A stretch of 64,000 nucleotides of DNA, taken from positions 16,253 to 80,252 of IMG/VR virus record IMGVR_UViG_3300000956_000002. One strand, written 5' to 3'. This stretch comes from a virus. The notes under the pieces are model-generated. The model was not told the DNA's origin, did not search any database, and saw nothing but the letters and a program-made list of their open reading frames with translations. Below are positions 37,473 through 48,022 of the stretch, piece by piece (the stretch's first letter is position 1; every line of letters begins with the position of its first letter). The position numbers were made by a program, and so were the translations under genes.

Positions 37473-37990
37473 TGGACGAATTGGTTCTAACTCCAGATCC
37501 GCCGCCAGTTCATCGACAGGCATTTGCTGGATTGACCGAAGGAAAAGATGAATGGCTTACCCCCCCCCATATCATCAAATCGCTGGGCGAGTTTGACCTC
37601 GATCCATGTTCGCCGATCGAACGCCCATGGCCGACGGCGAAACAGCATTATCATCGGCTCGACAACGGACTAATGAAAGAATGGGCCGGTCGGGTTTGGA
37701 TGAATCCTCCGTACGGTCCGGAGACTTCAAAATGGATGTCGCGACTCGCGGCTCATGGAAATGGGATTGCGTTTATCTTCGCTCGAACTGAGACCGAGAC
37801 TTTCTTTAAACACGTGTGGCCAGTCGCAAATGCCATCCTGTTCCTAAAAGGGCGTGTCCGTTTCCATCACGTTAGTGGTCGTGCCGCCGATGCCGCTGGT
37901 GCGCCGTCGTGCCTCATCGCTTACGGGAATGAGAACGTCGAGGCGTTGGGAAAATCCGGAATTCCCGGAAAACTTCTCAGGATTCAATAA
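37472..37990 (+). CDS. Phage DNA N6-adenine methyltransferase
   Basis: DEWLTP; FDLDPC; WMNPPY; ARTET; FLKGRVRF. Confidence 0.9.
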   Translation: MDELVLTPDPPPVHRQAFAGLTEGKDEWLTPPHIIKSLGEFDLDPCSPIERPWPTAKQHYHRLDNGLMKEWAGRVWMNPPYGPETSKWMSRLAAHGNGIAFIFARTETETFFKHVWPVANAILFLKGRVRFHHVSGRAADAAGAPSCLIAYGNENVEALGKSGIPGKLLRIQ

Positions 37991-40900
37991 CGCGCCATCC
38001 CCCGCCCGACGCGCGAAAGACTCGGCGCTCTGAGACTGACGCGATTGGTATTCTGATCGCGCTGCCGAACTCCAATCATGGCGCCAGCTTGCGCCCAATT
38101 CTGCTGGGCCTGCTGGATTTCAGTAGCGAGATTGGCTCCGGGTTGAGCGGCGGCGCGGCGCATCATTTCAGCGCGCTCGATGGGGGTCATTCGGCGGGTC
38201 AGTGCGCGCGTTTCCGGATTGCGCGAGCGCCAGTAATTTTGCACGGCTCTCACCGGATCCTTATTGCCCATGCGCAAGTTGGCCTGGACGGCTTCGCGTG
38301 CGGCGCGTTGGAATCCGGCGCGATCGCCCCGGAAAGCTGCGTTATCCATCTTCTGCTTCCACGGGGTAGATTCGTCAATGCCGCGGGCGACAGCGCCTTT
38401 ATAGGCTGGACGAATGAGATCAGGCGTCGCGAATCGTTTGATGTCGGCGACGGCGTTGGCGCCGGCGCGTCGGCCTTCCTGAGAGTCGAGGCGATTGATG
38501 ACGATCTTGGAATCCGGGATGAATTTGGCAGCCATGTCAGGCAGACCGAACATGGGATCACCGCTGGCGACCATTCCGTGAATCCAAGATGCGATGGACT
38601 TGCCCGCTTCCCAAACGGCGAGGGTGGGTTCAAAGCTGGCGCGCGCCGGGGTGTTGGCCGGGATGAGGAGGTTGCCGAGGATTCCCAACAGCGGCACGCT
38701 TTCGAGCCCCAGGCGGGCAACACCGGCGGCGCCGCGGCCAAGCGACTGTTCCTCCCATGGCAGGCGGTTTTGCGATTCCTGATTGTAGAGCGCCCGGCGG
38801 AGCATGCGGGCCACGAGTTCGTCCTGAAGTTGGCCGCCGGCGCCGGTCATGGCCAGAGCCAACCCAGCGAGGGCCATGGAGCGCGCCCACAGTTTCATCT
38901 TGCCGGTTTCGGTGTTGGTCGGGACCGCCATGGATTCCTCCCAATCAGCGAAGGAGCGAAGTGACCAGCCGTAGAGCGGCCGGACCATGTTGGACAGGAA
39001 CGAGCCGTCCTTGAACTTCAACGGCGAGTTCGAGAACGATGCGCGGTTCATCTTGTTGATGAGGGTTTCGGTCAAAGCCTGGCGATTCTCGGTCGTCAGG
39101 AATTGGGCCGACTGCGGGTTGGACTGGAGTTCAGCCATGAAGGCGGCGGCGCGCTCGTCGAAGCTCATGCCCGCCATTTGATACGTGCGGCGGACTTGAG
39201 ACAAAGTTTGTTCACTCAAGCCGAGTTCCTTCGGGCTCAGGCGATTGACTGGATCGGCTGGGTCCTGAAGGTTGAACGTCCGAGGTAATCCGCCACGCAT
39301 CCAGTTGGTATAGAGTTTCTTCAGAGAATCCTGCATGCCCTGGACTGGACCCCACTGCGAATTGACGGCATTCCACATGGCGCCGTTGATGGCCGCGTCA
39401 CCCATGGTCGGGAACCCGGCGTTGGCCAGGGCGAGAAGAGTGGCCTCGAACAGCCCGGCGGCGTATCCCCCAACCTTGGCGGCGCCTTCGAACTCATTGG
39501 CTGGGATGCCGCCGCGGTAGAGGATGGAGCCGAGGATTTGATTGTCGAACTGCGCAACTTTATCCGGAAGTTGATACATGCCAGCGGCTTCGAGTTCGCG
39601 AACCGATTGCAGCCGGCGGGGGACGTTGACGGACAGTTCGCGGATGACATCGCGCAAGGCGGACAGGTAAGCCTCGCGGGCGTTACCTTTGAGGAGTTGT
39701 GGGACACCGCGGGCCATGCCGCGCAGTAGGTAGCCGAACGACTTCGGGACCCCGACGAAGGCGAAACTGGCGAGGATTTTAGCCGCTTCCGCCTTGGTGA
39801 ACAGCATCGAGCGCAGGGTGGTGTTGAACTCGTCCATGCCGGCGGCGCGCAACTGGCGTCCGAGGAAGATCGACGACACGTTTTTCATCGTCGTCACGAT
39901 GTTTCCGATGAGCGAACCGACGAGCGCGCCAGCCCCGCGGTTGAACAGGGTGTTGAAATCCGAGTTCGACACCGACGGATTCTGTAAATCGTTCAGAACA
40001 CCTTGGATGCGTGCGCGACGGTCCTTTAAGTTCTGCCAGTTATCGAAGGTTTGGCCGCGGCGCCGTTCCACTTCTTTGAGGGCAATGGCCGACTGTTTGG
40101 CGTTGGGTTTGCCAAGGCGTTCGAGTTCCTTAGCCTTAGCGCTGAGATCGGATTCCTGGCGTTCGAGGTCTTTATCGATGGCCTGAAGGGTGGCGACGAC
40201 GCGATCGACGGCCACGCTCTGCATGCCGGCGGCGTGGTTGGACACGTCATCGGTGGTGGTGAAGCCGGTGCGATAGAACGTCCATGGCGCGAGGGCATCG
40301 CCGCGGGCCTGGGTGAAGCTGTTCTTGGCGTCACCGGATTTGCCACCCTGCTCGGCGGCCGCGACCTTTTCCTGCACGGCGTTGGACCAGTTGGATACGA
40401 TGCGACCGAACTCCTCGAGTACGATTTCTTTGGCTTGGTCTGGCGGGATGGTACTCGAGCTTGCGAGTTCGTTGGCCAAGGCATCGATCGTCGGGATGAC
40501 GTTCGGGTTGGCCTTCATCATGTTGGCTGCGACCTCGAAAGCGCCGCCCTTGCCGTCAAAAATGGTGCGCTTCGCGAATTCCGGGTTGCGATCAATCAAA
40601 AGGCTGGCGCCGACCTGTGGCCAGAGTTGGTTCAAGGCAGCTTCAATGGCGGCCGGGTCGCCGGCTTTGACCGCATCGGAGACGGCTTTGGCTTGGGCAG
40701 CCAGCGAATAATCAAACATCCGCGGCACCAGATACGGGCTCGTCCGGAGGGCTGACCGGTAGTTCGAGGTCTTTTTGAGCCCGCGGGCGTCCTTGGTGAT
40801 CTGTTCGTCGAACTTGGCGGCGAGATTGAGGGCGTCGAACCCGGCCTTGGATTGGGCCTCCAGATGCGCCATATCCTCGCGGGTGACGACTTCACCGGAA

Positions 40901-43900
40901 GAGAGGGTGTCGCCGACGTTGTAGCCGCCCTGTTGACGTTGCCATGAGGCGGCGAGTTCCTGGCCAACCCGTTGCTGATAGATGCGGTTGGCTTCAACGA
41001 TGGAGCGGCCGCGGAGATTGTTCCACGTCAGTCCATGGCTTTTCATGGCCGCCCGCTGAGTCATCGGCAGCGTGTGGACGGCGCGTTCGAACCAATCCCG
41101 CGACCATTTGTGCATCTGATCGGCGCGATTCAAGACCGACCGAGCCTGGCCGACGAGGCGCGAACCGGACTTCGAGATGGCGGATCCGATAATGGAATAC
41201 GCCTGTCCCCACAACGGCGACTGGTTTTCGGGCATGATGTGCTGGAGCCCGCCGTAGTAGTTTTTGAGCAGTTCGAGGTTGTGCGCGTGATAACGGCGGG
41301 TGGGATCGTCTGCGTTCTGCGGGTTGGCCAGCCAGTTTTCGAGGAAGCCGATGGCCTTGCGTTGTTCATCCCAGCGTTGGCGGAGATGGACGACGTTGCC
41401 GTCGAGGACTTCGTGGCCGATGCCGATGGTGGCGCCGGACATGGGCAGCGGCGGGGCGCCGTTCACGCCGGGGACGACCGGGAGGGTGATGGTAGAACCC
41501 GCGTCGTCGGCGCTGCGGAGGGCTTTGCCGGGCTCAGGACTGCCGCCCCATGAGGTTTGATCGTTGAGGATTTCCTTCCGGAGCGCCTGGAATTGAGGAT
41601 CGGCTTTGATCCTGGCGGCGATTCCGCCGGCATCGACGGCTGCCAACAGGGGTTCGAGTTCGGACAACATCTCTTCTTCGAGTTCTTTGAAGGCGAACTC
41701 GGCGGACATGGCGTTGCGGACCTTACGTTCGCGATCGCGCATCGCCCGGCGGACAGTGGCCACCGGGTCTTTCGAGAAGTCGTCGGCCAACTTTTTGGCC
41801 ATGCCGTTGAGTTGCGCGCGCAAGCCGGTTTGCTTGGCGAGATTGGCAGCTTGGATTCTGGCCGCGAGCTTCGGTGACTTGGCGAGGATGTAACTGGCCC
41901 ACTTGAGGAGATTCTGATTGTTGAGCGGTTGGCCGGTGGAACGTTTGATGTCCTTGTAAATTTCGAGGATGGATCGTCCGCCGCCTTGGCCGGTGAATAG
42001 CGCGTTCTGCCCCTCGGGTGTTGACGACAGGGCCGTCACCATGTCGTTGAGCGTTTGTTCCATGGCGACGGTGGATTCGCTGGCCTCGCGGATGCCGCGG
42101 AGTTCGCCCTGCAACACCGCCATGTCGCGATCGGTCTTGGCTTCCTGCTTTAGCGCCGCGGTCGCTTCTTTGATGGCAGAGTCGAACACCGCTTTGGAAT
42201 TCGTGAGGATGGCCTGCGCGGCTTGATTCTGCGCCGCCTTGGCTTGCACGCGGGCGATGAAATCCTGGAAATGGCGCGAGGTCAGTTTCTTGAACGCCTT
42301 CGAACTGTCGTCGAGAACCTGCTGGAGAATTTCTTCGAACCGCAGGATGGATTGGCCACCTTCGCCGGCAAGGCGCGCGCGACGATATGGGTCGTTGGCC
42401 AGCCGGGCTTTCATCTGTTGGTAGGTTTCGCGACCTTGAGGATTCAGTTGCTCGCCGATGTCGCGAATGCCTTTCCAGTTGCGGTAATCGAAAGCGTTTT
42501 GGACCTTCGGATCGGCGGTGTTGACGCCGAATTGATCGAGGATGTTCGTCACGTCGGCAGCCTGGGCGAGTTGCGATTCGCCTTCGATCTGCTGCTCCAT
42601 GGCGGACGACGCGAGGTTGGCGGCGTTGATCGCCTCGTTGGCATCGGTGACGAATGTGCCGCGTTCAATCGCGCGCTCAAACGCCGGTTGCGCATCATAC
42701 TTCTGGCGTCCTTCGAGGATGTCGCGGTAAACGCGTTCGCTGGCCGTCGGGTCTTTGAGTAAACCTTTGAGCCCTTTCCATAATTGCGCGAACCATTGTT
42801 TGATGCGGTTGATGATGCCGGGTGAGCGTTGTTCGAGAGTTTCCTGAGCCAGTCGATCGCCGAAAATCTTGGCAGCGTACTCGTCGAGGTTGATGAACGG
42901 GTAGAGGTCCATCGACCAGCCGGGCTCTCTGACGCGGAATTGGAATTCAACGCTGCTGAGTTTTCCGTCGCGGATTTCTTGAGGCGCGTTCGCCGGCATT
43001 TTGGCCAGGCGTTCAGCTTCGAGCGCGGCGCGGTCAGCTTCTGGCAATGATTGAATGAGGATGTGAAAGATTTCGTGCGCCGCAGCATCGGGCTTTGCTC
43101 CTTCAGCCAATCGCACGAGGCTTCCCAGCATACCGCCTTTGAGCATCACTTGCCCTTGGAACCCACCGCCAATGTAACGACGGAGTTCGAGAGTAAGCGG
43201 ACCGGAGTTCAATCCGCTGGCCTGAAAGATTTCGTGCGCTCGGAGAAGGACTTTCTTCGTCTGCGGACTCAAGGCGGAGGCATTGACGAGAGTCGGGATG
43301 TTGGCATCGGTTGCTCTGCCGATTGCCACCGATGGGCCTTGCGGCGGTGGAGTATTGACAGGTTCTGTGACGAGAGTACCTTGGCTTCCTTCCGCCTTCA
43401 GGGGAGCCGTTTGGGGCGTCGATCCTCGGGGTGACGGAGCAGCAGCACCAAACTGTTGGCTGTTGCCGTTTGCTCTCCGCATTGTTCCCTTGTCGATATT
43501 CAACACCTGTTCGGAAGTGAGCGTCTGCGTTCCAAACTTCGGGCCGTCATCGATCGTCACCGACTGCAACATTGTCTCATCATCGGGACGCGTCTTGACG
43601 TTCGTGACTGTGAAGCGCTCGCCTTGAATCTTGAACTTATCGCCGACGGAGAGTTCATCGCTGACAATCGGCTTGGTGTTCTTGCGCTCCTTCGCGGCGA
43701 CGGTTTGGAATTTGGCATCCTGAGTGGCCTGCTTTACTTCGGAATAGAAAGCCTCGCGGTCGGACTTCCGTTTCTTCGGCGCCTCGATGATTTGATTGAG
43801 CAGCGTTTCAGGATCGATCGGGCGACCAGTGTTTTGCTCAACGCCTTGCGCGGCCACGTCTGGAGCCGATGCGGTTGGACTATCGACGAACAATTTGGGC

Positions 43901-45960
43901 ATCGCCTTTTGGGCAGCACGCCAGAGGTCCGCGTGTTCGGATTTTTCGCCGGGTTTGATACGGCGCAGCTTTCCGACGTAGCCTTCAATGTCGTCCACGA
44001 TGTCGGGAGCGCGTTCGTATTTTGGAGCGGACGGCTTCGGTTGAACTTGTAAGTCCGGCTTACCAGTTGGTGCAACCATTTCGGTGGGTTCAACGAATTG
44101 GTTTTGAACTGCCGACGCCGATGGTTGAACCGTTGCAGTTTCTGAAACAGTTGGCGAGACGCGGACATTAACCGTCCCATCCTCATTCGGTGACGCGTTA
44201 ATTACACCCGCTTCAGCCAATTCCTGCCACGACGGCGCCTCTGGACCAAGAACCGATTTTATGTGGGCGTCGGGAATTCCAAAGTCAGCCATCGAAATAT
44301 CCATGCTTCGACCTTGCATGTTGGCTTCGAGGTTTCGCCGAATCTCAGGTGATGAGAATTGATTGGGGTCGCGCGGGAAACGAATATCGAACGACTCATC
44401 TTCCGTGGCGGATGGCTGATTGATCGGCGTGCTGGCGATTGGAACGGGCTGTTGAATGACTGGAATACTTGCGCGTGCGGCTTCCTGTAATTTGGAGAGC
44501 GCTGCACGGTTTTCTTCGGCGTAGGTCCGGCGCGCCTGTGTTCTGGTCTTTTGATTGTCGCCCACATTCGGAAGGCGAAAACCAAATCGGTCGAGTTCTC
44601 CCAAGGCAGCATCGATGATGTCGAAATCTGGAAGCGTCAGATTGCCGCGTTGAATTGTCGCGATGGCGTTACCAACTTGGCTGGCCATTTCTGGCGCCAA
44701 CCCTGCGGCGTTCAACTCAGCCGCTAATGTTTGTGCCGCCTGCTGACGAATCTGCTCGACGCGAGAGACGGCAATAGGTTGTTGAATTGTCTCACCGGGC
44801 TGTTCGCCTTCCACTGTTTGGAATTCGAGTTCGTCGGTCGGCAGCATGCTGGTTAAACCAAGTCCTCGAAGATTCATCCCGGATGTGTCTTGGTAGGGAT
44901 AGAACGGATTCTCCGGCGCAACGCGCTCTTGGATCGGCAACGGCGGAGGTTCGCTGACGACTTCGAATTCACCGTCCATCGTCGGAGATGCCGGCGGAGG
45001 CGTTTGTAGATCGGCGCCGGTCTGAAATTGATTTTCGCCGCGATCAACAGCCGCACGAGCCCCGGCAGTCAGAGCGCCGATTCCCGCCGCCATGCCGCCG
45101 CCCCACCCAGCGGCTTCCCACGTCTCGGCGATGATTTCGTTCAGCGGTTTGTCGGGATCGTAAGAAGCTTTGGCGACTGCGATTTGACCAAGTTGATCGA
45201 GCGCTTCTTCCCCAGCTTCTTTGAAGATTTCGCCGGAGACATTGCGCACGATGCTGTAGATCGAACCCGGAGGCATGTTGCGCGTCACGCCTTCGCCGAG
45301 ATGGCCAGGCATGAACCGCGTCAGCAATCCAGTGATGGCGCCGCTGGCCAAGGCTGGCAGTCGCGCTTTGGCCGTAGCCATATCTGGCGAGAACCCTTGC
45401 GCTTCGTACGCCTGTTCTGCGGCATCCTGAGTTGAGCCTGCACTTTGAAGGCCGCCGACGATTGCGGCGCCAACCGGTCCAGCGTATCGACCGGCCACGA
45501 TGCTCGGCGCTTGCTGGGCTGCCATGCCGCCAAAGTATTCCGCGAACTCGCGTCCGATGTCTGGATTCTGGCCGCCCAACGTTTGAGAAACGTCAGCCAA
45601 CTCTGCGGAACCTGCGCGTGCATTGGATTGGAGCGCACGTCCGACTGGAGTCAGGCTGATTAAATTGAATAACCCGCCAAGACCTGATTCCAAACTTCGC
45701 AAGCCTTGAGCGCCGCCCAATGCGAGGCGTTCGAGGATGGTCGATTCGTCGGGCTGCATCTCGGCTTCACGTTGCGCTTGCTGGCGGAGACGTAGCGCGG
45801 CGCCAGATTCGCGGTAGGTGTTGATTGGTCCGCTGTATTGTGGAGTTGGTTCTGGATAAGGTTCGTAATCGTAAACAACTTCCCACTCACGGGGATCGTA
45901 TCCCGAAGGGAGATCAGGACCACTCACGACTTCCCATTCGTTCGGATCGTAGGCTGGCAT
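37984..45960 (-). CDS. Giant internal virion/DNA-ejection (polyvalent-type) protein, about 2658 aa
   Basis: Start re-assigned to MPAYDPNEWEVV; repeated YDPxEWEVV; Ala/Gln-rich helical; internal HEIFH. Confidence 0.7.
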   Translation of the reverse strand: MPAYDPNEWEVVSGPDLPSGYDPREWEVVYDYEPYPEPTPQYSGPINTYRESGAALRLRQQAQREAEMQPDESTILERLALGGAQGLRSLESGLGGLFNLISLTPVGRALQSNARAGSAELADVSQTLGGQNPDIGREFAEYFGGMAAQQAPSIVAGRYAGPVGAAIVGGLQSAGSTQDAAEQAYEAQGFSPDMATAKARLPALASGAITGLLTRFMPGHLGEGVTRNMPPGSIYSIVRNVSGEIFKEAGEEALDQLGQIAVAKASYDPDKPLNEIIAETWEAAGWGGGMAAGIGALTAGARAAVDRGENQFQTGADLQTPPPASPTMDGEFEVVSEPPPLPIQERVAPENPFYPYQDTSGMNLRGLGLTSMLPTDELEFQTVEGEQPGETIQQPIAVSRVEQIRQQAAQTLAAELNAAGLAPEMASQVGNAIATIQRGNLTLPDFDIIDAALGELDRFGFRLPNVGDNQKTRTQARRTYAEENRAALSKLQEAARASIPVIQQPVPIASTPINQPSATEDESFDIRFPRDPNQFSSPEIRRNLEANMQGRSMDISMADFGIPDAHIKSVLGPEAPSWQELAEAGVINASPNEDGTVNVRVSPTVSETATVQPSASAVQNQFVEPTEMVAPTGKPDLQVQPKPSAPKYERAPDIVDDIEGYVGKLRRIKPGEKSEHADLWRAAQKAMPKLFVDSPTASAPDVAAQGVEQNTGRPIDPETLLNQIIEAPKKRKSDREAFYSEVKQATQDAKFQTVAAKERKNTKPIVSDELSVGDKFKIQGERFTVTNVKTRPDDETMLQSVTIDDGPKFGTQTLTSEQVLNIDKGTMRRANGNSQQFGAAAPSPRGSTPQTAPLKAEGSQGTLVTEPVNTPPPQGPSVAIGRATDANIPTLVNASALSPQTKKVLLRAHEIFQASGLNSGPLTLELRRYIGGGFQGQVMLKGGMLGSLVRLAEGAKPDAAAHEIFHILIQSLPEADRAALEAERLAKMPANAPQEIRDGKLSSVEFQFRVREPGWSMDLYPFINLDEYAAKIFGDRLAQETLEQRSPGIINRIKQWFAQLWKGLKGLLKDPTASERVYRDILEGRQKYDAQPAFERAIERGTFVTDANEAINAANLASSAMEQQIEGESQLAQAADVTNILDQFGVNTADPKVQNAFDYRNWKGIRDIGEQLNPQGRETYQQMKARLANDPYRRARLAGEGGQSILRFEEILQQVLDDSSKAFKKLTSRHFQDFIARVQAKAAQNQAAQAILTNSKAVFDSAIKEATAALKQEAKTDRDMAVLQGELRGIREASESTVAMEQTLNDMVTALSSTPEGQNALFTGQGGGRSILEIYKDIKRSTGQPLNNQNLLKWASYILAKSPKLAARIQAANLAKQTGLRAQLNGMAKKLADDFSKDPVATVRRAMRDRERKVRNAMSAEFAFKELEEEMLSELEPLLAAVDAGGIAARIKADPQFQALRKEILNDQTSWGGSPEPGKALRSADDAGSTITLPVVPGVNGAPPLPMSGATIGIGHEVLDGNVVHLRQRWDEQRKAIGFLENWLANPQNADDPTRRYHAHNLELLKNYYGGLQHIMPENQSPLWGQAYSIIGSAISKSGSRLVGQARSVLNRADQMHKWSRDWFERAVHTLPMTQRAAMKSHGLTWNNLRGRSIVEANRIYQQRVGQELAASWQRQQGGYNVGDTLSSGEVVTREDMAHLEAQSKAGFDALNLAAKFDEQITKDARGLKKTSNYRSALRTSPYLVPRMFDYSLAAQAKAVSDAVKAGDPAAIEAALNQLWPQVGASLLIDRNPEFAKRTIFDGKGGAFEVAANMMKANPNVIPTIDALANELASSSTIPPDQAKEIVLEEFGRIVSNWSNAVQEKVAAAEQGGKSGDAKNSFTQARGDALAPWTFYRTGFTTTDDVSNHAAGMQSVAVDRVVATLQAIDKDLERQESDLSAKAKELERLGKPNAKQSAIALKEVERRRGQTFDNWQNLKDRRARIQGVLNDLQNPSVSNSDFNTLFNRGAGALVGSLIGNIVTTMKNVSSIFLGRQLRAAGMDEFNTTLRSMLFTKAEAAKILASFAFVGVPKSFGYLLRGMARGVPQLLKGNAREAYLSALRDVIRELSVNVPRRLQSVRELEAAGMYQLPDKVAQFDNQILGSILYRGGIPANEFEGAAKVGGYAAGLFEATLLALANAGFPTMGDAAINGAMWNAVNSQWGPVQGMQDSLKKLYTNWMRGGLPRTFNLQDPADPVNRLSPKELGLSEQTLSQVRRTYQMAGMSFDERAAAFMAELQSNPQSAQFLTTENRQALTETLINKMNRASFSNSPLKFKDGSFLSNMVRPLYGWSLRSFADWEESMAVPTNTETGKMKLWARSMALAGLALAMTGAGGQLQDELVARMLRRALYNQESQNRLPWEEQSLGRGAAGVARLGLESVPLLGILGNLLIPANTPARASFEPTLAVWEAGKSIASWIHGMVASGDPMFGLPDMAAKFIPDSKIVINRLDSQEGRRAGANAVADIKRFATPDLIRPAYKGAVARGIDESTPWKQKMDNAAFRGDRAGFQRAAREAVQANLRMGNKDPVRAVQNYWRSRNPETRALTRRMTPIERAEMMRRAAAQPGANLATEIQQAQQNWAQAGAMIGVRQRDQNTNRVSLRAPSLSRVGRGMARY

Positions 45961-45998
45961 ACTGAGGGTCCTATACTCTGAATTGGCACTTGACGCCA

Positions 45999-46013
45999 TC
46001 CGTAAATTACGGA
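45999..46013. promoter_or_regulatory. Operator copy TCCGTAAATTACGGA next to a TTGACG -35 box
   Basis: Matches the 30040 palindrome. Confidence 0.65.
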
Positions 46014-46031
46014 ATAGGTTACGCGTCCGAA

Positions 46032-46151
46032 CAATCGGTGTGGAAGCCGAGGGTAAGCGACCGGAACGGTTCAGATGAAATTTTGGGTAACTCCAAACCC
46101 GCTCGAAAAACGTCTTACCACGTCTTCCACCGAGCGGGTTCTCTTTTTTTT
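46032..46151 (+). ncRNA. Leader/attenuator-like RNA ending in a terminator
   Basis: AACCCGCTCG/CGAGCGGGTT stem plus T-tract; competing upstream pairing; homologue at 49001. Confidence 0.5.
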
Positions 46152-46506
46152 CCGCGTTTGGACCGTGAGCCGTGCCGCGATATAGGTTGCACGAACTCCG
46201 GCGGCCCAACTTCGGTTGGTGCTGGTGAAGGCGTCGGCGAGGACGAGAACTCCCCGGCGTGGACGACAAGGAAAACTTCAGTCCTGTGCGGCTGGCGGGA
46301 TGAGTACAGCTAAGAGTGCAGAGTAACGCCTGCATCTCCTGCCGGATTATCGGCGTACGACGCCACAGGATTGAATTTTTCTTTGCCTTCCGACGTTGGC
46401 TTTTAAGCCTGCACTCCATTTAGGAGGGGTAGGGGTGGTTGTCTTATCGGGTTCGTTTTCTTTTGGCTTTCCCTCTCCCGCCTCTTCTGTCAGTAGCTTT
46501 AGGTGT

Positions 46507-46617
46507 ATGCCAAAAAACGACCCACCCAAAAGCGACAACACCATTTGGTTTTTTATTGGAGCCGCCTTTGCAATCGGATTCGTCCTCTACGTGATGCTCG
46601 GAGGCGGGGCAGAGTGA
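46507..46617 (+). CDS. 36-aa single-TM peptide
   Basis: IWFFIGAAFAIGFVLYVML. Confidence 0.45.
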   Translation: MPKNDPPKSDNTIWFFIGAAFAIGFVLYVMLGGGAE

Positions 46618-46621
46618 CCGA

Positions 46622-48019
46622 TTACCAAGTCGGATCACCGTAGTAGCGCTTCATCAGTGGAACTTGGCCGATGGCATTGCCGGTCAATTCGATCAATGCG
46701 CGAGGATCGAGATAGGTGAACGGCTTAAACACAGGCTCGAAATCCTGCATGAACCGGTTGGTGTCGAAATTCGGCTGGAGCCTCGAACCGGGGACGACTG
46801 ACGCCTGAAGTGGAGGTGCGGCAGGCCCGAGGTATTCCAGTGGCGCTTCAGCCGGAGTGGGCGGCAAAGGAATTGGAGCCCGATTGTAATCCGTGCGTGT
46901 GTCAGCGAATGACGCATCCCGTGCGCTGATCATCGGCACCGGTATCTCTTGCCCTTGCGGCCCGACCTTAACCATCTGGCCAGTTTGGCGACTGCGAAGG
47001 ACTCTCCATCCGTTTCCCCCTTGTTGCGGGCCACGCGGAGCGCCACTCATCTGCGGAGGAGGCGGCGCAAAATCGCTGCCGTTACCCATGTCGATACCAC
47101 CGTCGTCGTAGGATTCGTCGTAACCGCCGGTATCGTATCCAAAATTATCAACCGGAGCCGCAGGCGGCGTGGAACTTAATCCGATCATCCGTCCTATCTT
47201 AGTGAAGAATCCTGGGTCATCTTGCGGAGAGAGCGCCGACGGATTGTCCTGCGCGTAACGATTAGCGAAACCACGGATCATAGTCATCGTCGCGGGATCA
47301 AATCTACGCGAGAACATCTGCGTCACCTGTTGAGGAGTCAAAGCCCCAGCGGCCGCAGCAGCAGCCACATCTTGATAGTATTTGCGGTCGGACTCCGATT
47401 TGAAGTTTGCCATCGAATCCTGATGGAAGCGTTCGCGTTGATCGTATCCACTTTTATTGAATCGCTCGCGTTGCTGACGATTGGCTTCCGCATTGAGCGC
47501 CTGAATCTGGCGCCATTTTTCCTGAGCAGTCAGCGTCTTGTCGGCGTGGATGCGTTGCTGTTGCTGATTGATCCAATCACGCTCGTTTCTTACCTGCGTC
47601 TCTCCAAACCGGGCTTCATCCAATTCGAACTTTAGAGGATTCAGATAATTCGCAAGCCGTTGGCTTCGCAAATCCTCCAATCCGGACTGATACTTGAGAC
47701 GTTGCCATTCGGTCGGCAACATTCGAGCCCCACGTTCTTTGGCGTCCATGTCAGTCTGGACGATCCGCTGCAAACGGAATTCCTCGGGCGACTGTGGAAC
47801 GCGATAGATGCTGGCGGGATCAGCATTGCGCAACAACGCCAGTTCGTCCTCGGCGCGTTGAGCCTGGGCGCGCATCAGCAAATCGTGGGCGGCTTTGGAG
47901 CGCTGCATGTTTAATCCGAGGACACGTTGATCGGCGGTTGGCGTGCGCGTTCTCCAATCGTTGCGGTTGAGGAATTCACTACCGCCGAGGCTCGGCATTG
48001 GTTGGAAATATGAGGCCAT
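46622..48019 (-). CDS. Probable ejection/internal virion protein
   Basis: Gln/Arg-rich coiled coil upstream of the giant gene. Confidence 0.55.
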   Translation of the reverse strand: MASYFQPMPSLGGSEFLNRNDWRTRTPTADQRVLGLNMQRSKAAHDLLMRAQAQRAEDELALLRNADPASIYRVPQSPEEFRLQRIVQTDMDAKERGARMLPTEWQRLKYQSGLEDLRSQRLANYLNPLKFELDEARFGETQVRNERDWINQQQQRIHADKTLTAQEKWRQIQALNAEANRQQRERFNKSGYDQRERFHQDSMANFKSESDRKYYQDVAAAAAAGALTPQQVTQMFSRRFDPATMTMIRGFANRYAQDNPSALSPQDDPGFFTKIGRMIGLSSTPPAAPVDNFGYDTGGYDESYDDGGIDMGNGSDFAPPPPQMSGAPRGPQQGGNGWRVLRSRQTGQMVKVGPQGQEIPVPMISARDASFADTRTDYNRAPIPLPPTPAEAPLEYLGPAAPPLQASVVPGSRLQPNFDTNRFMQDFEPVFKPFTYLDPRALIELTGNAIGQVPLMKRYYGDPTW

Positions 48020-48022
48020 GGG

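Noticed and set aside
38089-45663. Many + strand ORFs opposite the giant gene
   Set aside because: Antisense shadows of a GC-rich coding strand with no motifs; the same applies to shadows over the capsid and dnaB genes.
45961-46419. 153-aa N-terminal extension of the giant ORF
   Set aside because: The region holds an operator, a promoter-like box and a + strand terminator; the translation is not protein-like.
46152-46500. Additional ncRNA or gene downstream of the leader terminator
   Set aside because: Only short hairpins and weak ORFs; no specific call can be supported.
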